Virus record (IMG/VR): IMGVR_UViG_3300029873_000387 | Source: a virus | Lineage: Duplodnaviria; Heunggongvirae; Uroviricota; Caudoviricetes | Direction: 5' to 3' (one strand) | DNA: 45,640 nt | Shown here: positions 38,781 to 45,640 of the stretch, piece by piece | How the letters are laid out: each line of letters starts with the position of its first letter | How positions within the stretch are numbered: the first letter of the stretch is position 1 | Position numbers and translations under genes: made by a program | Notes under the pieces: generated by a model | The model's input: the letters and a program-made list of their open reading frames with translations, nothing else | Database searches by the model: none | Told to the model about the DNA's origin: nothing

Positions 38781-39965
38781 ATGAACAGTAAGGAAAGACA
38801 TGAAATCAGATATCAGCGCAGAGTGGCAGCTCGTCAGGCGAAAAGGATTGCCTACAGTGAAAGCTATGGACGCTATGAAGATGTATTCTCCTATGAGCAC
38901 CTTTATCAGGCGGGCAAGAACTGCTGCAAAGGGGTTATGTGGAAGAACAGTACACAAAGCTATATGAGCCGCATTACCACGAACACCGCCAGCACGCATG
39001 ACGCACTGTTGCGCAGAGAGTTCAGGAGCCGTGGCTTCCATGACTTTGACCTAATTGAGCGCGGAAAGCTACGGCATATTCGGAGCGTTCATATCTCCGA
39101 GCGCGTAGTACAGAGATGTCTTTGCGACAATATACTTGTCCCTGTGTTTTCTCACTCATTTGTTTTTGACAACGCCGCAAGTCTGAAAGGCAAAGGTGTT
39201 GACTTTGCTATGGACAGACTGGACAGGCACCTGCACAGATTCTATCGAAAGTTTGGCGTCGAAGGCGTAGAATCTGGCGGTGTTCTCACGGGCGATTTCT
39301 CCGATTTCTTTAACAGTGCGCCGCACTCTATTATCTATAGAGAAGCGGAGCGCAGGATACATGACGATGATGTGCGTCGTATTGCCTGCCAGTTCATGGA
39401 GGACTTCGGAGATGTTGGTTTTGGACTTGGCAGCCAGGTATCGCAGATAGATGCGCTTATGGTCGCAAGCCCGCTTGACCACTTCATAAAGGAACAGCTA
39501 CACATCAAATACTACGGAAGATATATGGATGACTTCTATCTGATACATGAGGACAAAGAATATCTGAAATACTGCATGGAGGAAATCAGAAAGAAGTGCA
39601 AGGAATACGGGTTTGTTTTGAACGAGAAGAAGACAAAGATAGCGCCGCTGCGCAAGGGAGTCAAATTCTTGAAAACGAAGTTCTTCCTGAATGAAACCGG
39701 CGCAGTCATTCGCAAGATGAACCGAAAGTCACCGGTTAAAATGCGGAAGAAACTCAGAATATTCCGAAGGTGGATAGATGAAGGAAGATTCACTATCACA
39801 GATGTAGAGACAGCCTATCAGAGCTGGCGCGGACATATGATTCGTGGAAACAGCACGCTTGTTTTGCGGAAGATGGATGCTTTCTACAACAGTTTATTCA
39901 AGAACAAGGAGGATTCAGGACATGGTAAAGTTTCTGAAGAACGGCAGCTTGCTCGCGCTTGTTGA
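38781..39965 (+). CDS. DGR reverse transcriptase
   Basis: RGKLRHI, ERVVQRCL, SLKGKG, GDFSDFF, GFGLGSQVSQ (SQ typical of DGR RTs), YGRYMDDF, LNEKKT. Confidence 0.95.
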   Translation: MNSKERHEIRYQRRVAARQAKRIAYSESYGRYEDVFSYEHLYQAGKNCCKGVMWKNSTQSYMSRITTNTASTHDALLRREFRSRGFHDFDLIERGKLRHIRSVHISERVVQRCLCDNILVPVFSHSFVFDNAASLKGKGVDFAMDRLDRHLHRFYRKFGVEGVESGGVLTGDFSDFFNSAPHSIIYREAERRIHDDDVRRIACQFMEDFGDVGFGLGSQVSQIDALMVASPLDHFIKEQLHIKYYGRYMDDFYLIHEDKEYLKYCMEEIRKKCKEYGFVLNEKKTKIAPLRKGVKFLKTKFFLNETGAVIRKMNRKSPVKMRKKLRIFRRWIDEGRFTITDVETAYQSWRGHMIRGNSTLVLRKMDAFYNSLFKNKEDSGHGKVSEERQLARAC

Positions 39966-40335
39966 GCAGCCGAACTGGGTCTACCTGCAGGAGAACGGTG
40001 CTTATGGCTTGTGTGATTATGAAAACGCACAGGGCGTCGCTATCAATGGTATCGTCTATAACCTTGCTGGAAACCTAATCAGTGAGAACGGCGAAGTCGA
40101 TTTCAAGGATATTCCCAGCGGTGAATATATGATGCAGCAGGATAAGGTCGCCGCGCAGAATGCAGCAAATGTGGACTACCTTTCCATGATGACCGGCTAT
40201 GACCTGCCTATGGAAGAGCAAGCTGAAGCGCAGACTGTGAGCGTAGGCGACATTGAGGGTGAAGCTGTCTACGATGACACGGTGGATGACCCGGCCTATG
40301 TTGCTACAGAAGAGGAGGAAAACGCCAATGAATGA
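39922..40335 (+). CDS. Hypothetical protein (fibre-associated, precedes XkdX-like gene)
   Basis: RBS AAGGAGG; ANVDYLSMMTG motif; overlaps the RT 3' end by 44 nt. Confidence 0.65.
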   Translation: MVKFLKNGSLLALVEQPNWVYLQENGAYGLCDYENAQGVAINGIVYNLAGNLISENGEVDFKDIPSGEYMMQQDKVAAQNAANVDYLSMMTGYDLPMEEQAEAQTVSVGDIEGEAVYDDTVDDPAYVATEEEENANE

Positions 40336-40471
40336 GCATAGTGCAAGATTTGAAAAAGTCAAAGGCTACTATGACCGTGGCCTTTGGAACCGGCAGATGG
40401 TGATGAATGCCGTTGGCAAATGGATTACAGCTGAGGAAGCAGAAGAAATCCTGAGCGGTGGAAATGCGTAA
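40328..40471 (+). CDS. XkdX-like small protein
   Basis: FEKVKGYYDRGLW...AVGKWITAEEAEEIL. Confidence 0.75.
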   Translation: MNEHSARFEKVKGYYDRGLWNRQMVMNAVGKWITAEEAEEILSGGNA

Positions 40472-40566
40472 GAAATAAAAAGTGGGAGCCGTGCTACACC
40501 AGCAGGCCCCCACAATGCATTTATGGCATATAAAACTTGGCTTTTATACAGAAGGTGGTGATTAAC

Positions 40567-41046
40567 ATGAGAATGTCCAAAAGAGAGTATCAGCTTAAGA
40601 TGGCTGAGATTCGCAGGGAAAATGTTCAAAAGCAGTACAAGCAATCACTCCGCGAAGAAAAACGGAAATATGATACCAAGCGCATCGAAACAAGCAAGCT
40701 GCTTGCTATTTACCTCTTCGTGTTATTTAACGCCGTAATGATTTATGCGATGGCGGCTATGTGGGTACTTCATGATTTAACCTATCTCGGTGTCCTTATC
40801 ACCGACATTGCCGCACAGGTTCTCATCTATGCGATTTATTGCCTGAAAGCGTATTGTGCGAAGAAGCAGAGCGAAAATGTGAAGCTGCGTAGAGAACGCT
40901 ACGCTGGCATATCTGGCGAAGAGAATAACGGGTCGTTGAATGAGATTCTTTCCGCTGGCGCTGATAGCACCGAGCCAGTGCCGTTTACAAACGGTGCAAC
41001 CGTCAATGTATATGATTACGGTGCCGACAATGGCTCCGTTGGATAA
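40567..41046 (+). CDS. Two-TM membrane protein (holin-like / lysis accessory)
   Basis: Basic N-terminus, two hydrophobic segments, directly before the endolysin. Confidence 0.6.
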   Translation: MRMSKREYQLKMAEIRRENVQKQYKQSLREEKRKYDTKRIETSKLLAIYLFVLFNAVMIYAMAAMWVLHDLTYLGVLITDIAAQVLIYAIYCLKAYCAKKQSENVKLRRERYAGISGEENNGSLNEILSAGADSTEPVPFTNGATVNVYDYGADNGSVG

Positions 41047-41067
41047 CGGACAAAGGAGTGATGTATC

Positions 41068-43284
41068 GTGGCGTTTAAGATGCGAACCAGCAAACCGGAA
41101 GCTGGTAATAAGTATTATATAACCAAAGCAAATGGCGGCTACTCCGACGCCATTAAAGGCAGTCCCATAGATAAGGACTGCGATGTCCTTTCTAACTGTG
41201 TAGGGTATGCTTACGGACGATTTAACGAAATTGGCGGGTATGGATACTGCAAGTACCTAAGACCCGTGAATGCAGAGAACTTCATTCAGTATAAGGGAAC
41301 CTCTCTTAAAACAGGGCAGACACCGAAACTTGGCGCCTGCATGGTCTGGCAGAAAGGCGCTACACTGAACGGCTCTGATGGGGCGGGTCATGTTGCTATT
41401 GTTGAGAAGGTCGTAAGTGATACGGAGGTCTATACATCCGAAAGCGGATGGGGCAGTTCCAATCCGTTTTGGAACAAGACAAGAACAAAGGGAAACGGTA
41501 ACTGGGGTCAAGGAGCTGCGTACAAGTTCCTTGGCTTTATTTATAATCCGGCTGTTTCAGATGAGAAACCGGTCACTACCGTTCCCTCGACAAGTGGAGG
41601 AAAAATGAAATACAGTTCAACGAATAGACCGTTGGAATGCATGATGACCCAGAGTACTTGCTACAAAGGGACAAACACCATGACCGTCAAAGGCGTTCTT
41701 TGGCACAGCACCGGTGCAAACAATCCGAATTTGCGGCGCTATGTCCAGCCGGATGATAGTGCTGCAAACAGAGCAGAGCTTTTGGCACTTCTCGGAACAA
41801 ATGGGAACCGAAACGACTGGAACCATATCAACCGTCAGGCTGGCCTGAATTGCTGGATTGGTAAATTGGCGGACGGGACTGTCACTACAGTACAGACTAT
41901 GCCGTGGAATTATCGCCCGTGGGGTTGCGGCTCTGGCAACAAGGGTTCCTGTAACAATGGTTGGATTCAATTTGAGATTTGTGAAGACGGTTTGAACGAT
42001 GCTACATATTTCAACAAGGTCTACAAAGAGGCCTGTGAAATTACGGCATACCTTTGCAAAATGTTCAATATTGACCCAAACGGCACGGTAAATATGAATG
42101 GTGTATCCGTTCCTACAATTTTATGCCATGCAGACAGTCATGCGCTTGGGTTTGGCTCTAACCACGGCGATGTCAACCACTGGTTCCCGAAGTTTGGTAA
42201 GTCTATGGCGACGGCTCGTGCCGATGTCGCTGCGCTAATGAAAACCTCTGGTAGCGTTGCACCTACACAGCCGACAAACCCGACCACGCCTACAACCAGC
42301 GCATTTAAGGCGGGAGATGTTGTCAAGATTATCGGCACACAGTATTACTCCGGTCAGTCAGTTCCTGGCTGGGTTCGGGCAAAGAACTGGATTGTGCATT
42401 CTGTAAGTGGAAATCGTGTTGTTATCAACAAAAGTGAGGACGGTAAAAACTCCATTATGAGTCCGTTCAAGGCCTCTGACCTTGCGCTGGCAAACGCAAA
42501 ACCGACCACGCCGACAATACCGTCTACTCCGTCCGCTCCTTCTGGTAATACAAACGAGGAAATCATTTGGAGCTTCTTGCTTGGCAAGATTGGGAACGAA
42601 TACGGTGTTGCAGGTATGATGGGCAATCTCTATGCCGAGTCTGGATTACGCCCTGACAACCTCCAGAATGCCTATGAGAAGCGGCTTGGATATACAGATG
42701 CTTCCTATACCGCTGCTGTTGACAATGGCACATACAAAAAATTTGGGACTGATAGCGCAGGCTACGGCTTGGCACAGTGGACATATCACACAAGAAAGAA
42801 AGCGCTACTTGCTTTTGCGCAGAGCAAGAAGAAGTCTGTTGGAGATTTGGGTATGCAGCTTGAATTCCTGTACAAGGAATTGAGCGAGAGCTATAAGGGC
42901 GTTTTTGCCGATTTGAAATCCGCCAAGACCATTCTTGCCGCATCCAATTCCGTGCTGATGAAATTTGAGCGTCCTGCGAACCAGAGTGCGGCAGTCCAGA
43001 ATAAGCGTGCGGCATACGGTCAGAAGTTCTATGACAAATACGCAGGCAAGACTCCGGTTGTGCCCGAACAGAAACCTTCTGCGGTTCCGTATCGTGTGCG
43101 TGTTACGGCGGATGTACTGAACATTCGCAAGGGTGCCGGTACGGGATACGCCGTGGCCGGTCAGATTAAGGGCGGTGGGGTTTATACCATCGTCGAAGAG
43201 AAAGACGGAACTGGCGCCAAATCATGGGGAAAGCTTAAAAGCGGCGCTGGGTGGATTTCTCTTGATTATACAAGCAGAGTATAA
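41068..43284 (+). CDS. Multi-domain endolysin: CHAP + amidase_2 + phage tail lysozyme-like + SH3b
   Basis: SNCVGYAYGR/GHVAIVE (CHAP); LWHST/QFEICE/ILCH (amidase); GMMGNLYAESG/GYGLAQWT/FERPA (lysozyme); LNIRKGAG...WGKLKSGAGWISL (SH3b). Confidence 0.88.
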   Translation: MAFKMRTSKPEAGNKYYITKANGGYSDAIKGSPIDKDCDVLSNCVGYAYGRFNEIGGYGYCKYLRPVNAENFIQYKGTSLKTGQTPKLGACMVWQKGATLNGSDGAGHVAIVEKVVSDTEVYTSESGWGSSNPFWNKTRTKGNGNWGQGAAYKFLGFIYNPAVSDEKPVTTVPSTSGGKMKYSSTNRPLECMMTQSTCYKGTNTMTVKGVLWHSTGANNPNLRRYVQPDDSAANRAELLALLGTNGNRNDWNHINRQAGLNCWIGKLADGTVTTVQTMPWNYRPWGCGSGNKGSCNNGWIQFEICEDGLNDATYFNKVYKEACEITAYLCKMFNIDPNGTVNMNGVSVPTILCHADSHALGFGSNHGDVNHWFPKFGKSMATARADVAALMKTSGSVAPTQPTNPTTPTTSAFKAGDVVKIIGTQYYSGQSVPGWVRAKNWIVHSVSGNRVVINKSEDGKNSIMSPFKASDLALANAKPTTPTIPSTPSAPSGNTNEEIIWSFLLGKIGNEYGVAGMMGNLYAESGLRPDNLQNAYEKRLGYTDASYTAAVDNGTYKKFGTDSAGYGLAQWTYHTRKKALLAFAQSKKKSVGDLGMQLEFLYKELSESYKGVFADLKSAKTILAASNSVLMKFERPANQSAAVQNKRAAYGQKFYDKYAGKTPVVPEQKPSAVPYRVRVTADVLNIRKGAGTGYAVAGQIKGGGVYTIVEEKDGTGAKSWGKLKSGAGWISLDYTSRV

Positions 43285-43317
43285 CGCTCTGCCAGAAAAA
43301 GAAATGGAGGTACGATT

Positions 43318-43677
43318 ATGGATTGGTTGGAGATTCTGAAGTACATCGCAGCCATCGCTTCCGGTCTGGCAGCCGCCATTCCTCTCGTTATTCAGCTTGT
43401 GAAATACATCAAGCAGGCTGTCAAGGAGAAGAACTGGGGCGTTGTTCTGGACAAGGTTATGAAGCTGATGGAGACTGCCGAGACTAAGTTCAAAGACGGT
43501 GCAGAACGAAAAGAGTGGGTTCTGGCGATGCTCAAGGCGAGCGCAGATGGCATTAACTACGACATTGATTATGACGCAATTGCCGACATGATTGATAGTC
43601 TGTGTGACATGAGCAAGGTAATTAACCCTGCCACACCCGCAAATAAGGTTACTGCCAAGAAGGAAGAGGGGAAGTAA
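43318..43677 (+). CDS. Holin (putative)
   Basis: N-terminal TM segment then AETKFKDGAERKEWV; directly after the lysin. Confidence 0.65.
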   Translation: MDWLEILKYIAAIASGLAAAIPLVIQLVKYIKQAVKEKNWGVVLDKVMKLMETAETKFKDGAERKEWVLAMLKASADGINYDIDYDAIADMIDSLCDMSKVINPATPANKVTAKKEEGK

Positions 43678-43698
43678 CTTTATTCAGGAGGTGCTCAT

Positions 43699-44088
43699 AT
43701 GACTGACCAGGAAACTGTTATGCTTATTGAGACGGAACAGAGATGCAAGTCCAATACGCATAGAATTGATAATCTGGAAAATGAGCTGAAGGAAATCCAA
43801 AGCGAACAGAAAGCCATCTACAAGATTGCTACTTCTGTTGAGCTTATTGCACAGCGTGTCAGCAACATTGAAACGAAGGTGGACGACACAAACAGTAAAG
43901 TCGATGCACAGGCGAAAGCTTGGCAGGAAACCGAGCGTAAGTTGTCGGAAAAGGTCAATGAGGCTGAGAACAAACCGTACAAACAGATTGCCAGCAATGT
44001 GAACTCTATCAAAGTTGCAGTTATCACCTGTATCTGCACTCTGCTTGTGAGTGGTATCATCGGTGCAATCGTCATGTTTGGCAAATAA
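43699..44088 (+). CDS. Coiled-coil protein with C-terminal TM (XhlA/holin-like)
   Basis: EQRCKSNTHRIDNLE coiled coil plus C-terminal hydrophobic helix. Confidence 0.6.
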   Translation: MTDQETVMLIETEQRCKSNTHRIDNLENELKEIQSEQKAIYKIATSVELIAQRVSNIETKVDDTNSKVDAQAKAWQETERKLSEKVNEAENKPYKQIASNVNSIKVAVITCICTLLVSGIIGAIVMFGK

Positions 44089-44149
44089 TTATCCGAGGAT
44101 ATTTTGTGGGTGTGAATATTCTCAGTTGAGGAAATGTGCGAAAATAAAT

Positions 44150-44193
44150 TAGGGCAGGTTCGGAAATTACTCCGTTCCTGCCCTATTTTTTTT
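44150..44193 (+). terminator. Intrinsic terminator ending the late operon
   Basis: TAGGGCAGG..CGGA-AATTAC-TCCG..CCTGCCCTA followed by 8 T. Confidence 0.85.
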
Positions 44194-44270
44194 GCGCTAT
44201 TTATTTGTATGGGTCAAAGTGTGCGTTCGCTTTGATGTTGTTTAACTGTCCATTATAAATTCAGCTTTTG

Positions 44271-44327
44271 AATGTTCACTTATAACAGCGTTGTTTAATC
44301 TAAACAGCGGTCTTATAAACGAACATT
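44271..44327. repeat. 57-bp imperfect inverted repeat
   Basis: 27-bp arms AATGTTCACTTATAACAGCGTTGTTTA and TAAACAGCGGTCTTATAAACGAACATT pair at 22 of 27 positions around the centre ATC. Confidence 0.85.
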
Positions 44328-44365
44328 TCTATGTATGCGCCTCGGGTTGAGTAGTTTCACGAGGC

Positions 44366-45640
44366 TTAAAAGATGTTGTATGTTGATTGTATAGCTAAGC
44401 CAAATGACTTATAAAAGTCAGAGATGCTTGCTGTATACATTGACAAGCGCGCTCCCGCTTCATAGTCTTTATTCCGCTCTATAGCAGTGTCGCCAAATAC
44501 TTCATTTTCACTAAAGACAAATTCACCTGTGCCCCACTGGCGCACATTATAGGTACTACCGTTTTTGTCTTTTAACACTTGCCCCCAAGAATCTCGCAAG
44601 TTATATTGGCTTTCCACACCATTGAGATTAAATATGTAAAATTTTTCATCCACATTCCACAGATAGTAACCATCATCGGCTCGAAAAACAGGAAAACCAT
44701 TTTTCTTGTCTGTATCACTAGCTGCATATCCGGTAGCTTCGTAAAGACTTGGAGAAAAATGTAGCACCTCACCTGTGTTAGCCTCAACAAGAAATTCACC
44801 GCAATTAACACCTTTGGTATTGTGGAAGACAGCTTCAATGGCATAAGCCAAGTGTGCAGTACTTTTTTCCTGATATATTACAAGAGGACTAGATCCAGCC
44901 GGAAAAATAGACACTTCAGTATTCTTTCTATAGTCCGGCATATCTGTAATAAAAGTTGTAAGAGCCTCTGAAGCGTCCTCAAAAGAGATTGTCGGCTTAG
45001 TATTCAACCTGCCCACACCTGTCAGGTTTCCCGACACAAGCGTACCATTTTCCGCGTTGTCAGCGACAACTACCACGCTTCTGCCATACACCGGAATCCC
45101 CTGATACTCCTGAGGGAAACGATAGTAGGTATTCCCCAGGACGGCATCCTCTCTGCACTCGCCCAGTTCTCTTTCTACATCTTTTATTCCCAGTTGGGGC
45201 GCAATATCATCCAGTGCCTGCCGCGCAGACTCTTGATCGGTCACTTTCCGTGAAATAGCACCCTCCTGTAGCAGTTGAAAGTCAGTTGTCTCCACTGCGT
45301 CAGTCCGGATAAATTTCTCCATGATGTTGGAAATCACCGGGATATCCACAAGCTCAAAATGCACTAGTGTGCACATCGTTGCCGTAACCAGCACAGCCAG
45401 CGCCAGTAAGTGCAAAAGGAATCGGCACATCTTCTGCCCCGTCGTCATGGCGGCGCGTTTGGCACGTTTTGCCTCGCGTCCGGCACGACGCTCAAGTTGT
45501 TTCTGCAACTTTTTTTGTTTCGCACGACTCACAAGCATTTCGGGATCATTAGCGGTTGAAGCCTGTCCTTTACCGGAACAATGGGAACAACGTCCACTTT
45601 CCACCAGCGGTTCGCCAGACCTATTACATAGCTTTGCCAT
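44366..45640 (-). pseudogene. Membrane-anchored M4 (thermolysin-like) peptidase precursor, apparently 3'-truncated before HExxH
   Basis: TM helix, FTP-like YYRFPQEYQGIPVYG, PepSY-like LAY...FLVEANTGEVL and start of a mature-like domain; stop 10 codons after SDFYKSFG; no HExxH. ATG lies at the window edge, so the start is uncertain. Confidence 0.6.

Larger units (their letters stand above)
35681..39965 (+). mobile_element. Complete diversity-generating retroelement (target-VR, hairpin, avd, TR, RT)
   Basis: All canonical components in canonical order with adenine-specific TR/VR divergence. Confidence 0.95.
1..44200 (+). mobile_element. Late (structural, DGR and lysis) region of a large temperate siphovirus-type prophage/phage with SPbeta-like organisation; left end lies outside the window
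   Basis: Co-oriented, tightly packed terminase, portal, capsid, tail, tape measure, fibre, endolysin and holin genes. No sheath gene was recognised. The block ends at a strong terminator followed by an opposite-strand host-like gene. Confidence 0.93.

Noticed and set aside
38781..39965. RT as group II intron, retron or Abi-type RT
   Set aside because: Short RT with SQ motif, adjacent avd and an adenine-specific TR/VR pair identify it as DGR; no maturase or endonuclease extension.

Overview
Almost the whole window (about 1-44,200, + strand) is the late region of a large temperate siphovirus-type (pro)phage, probably of a Firmicutes/Clostridia host, with SPbeta-like gene order. In order it holds: a partial metallophosphoesterase, three tRNAs (Glu, Tyr, CAU), a tyrosine recombinase, HU, terminase, portal, protease/scaffold, capsid, neck, tail tube, a 2139-aa tape measure, Tal- and Dit-like proteins, a chain of tail-fibre segments, and a lysis cassette with a three-catalytic-domain endolysin. 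The fibre region contains a complete diversity-generating retroelement (DGR): target 35681-37690, VR1 37551-37683, hairpin, avd, TR 38399-38531 and RT 38781-39965. All 23 TR/VR1 mismatches fall on TR adenines. The most unusual feature is an orphan 247-bp copy of the target's 3' end at 499-745, 36,980 bp upstream. It carries a different in-frame variable region between near-identical arms and sits just before the tRNA/recombinase cluster, so it looks like a silent donor or archive cassette for the receptor-binding tip. At the right end are a 57-bp imperfect palindrome and an opposite-strand M4-peptidase-like gene that stops before its catalytic motif, suggesting the prophage boundary. Protein family calls rest on motif recognition and synteny only; no database searches were run.
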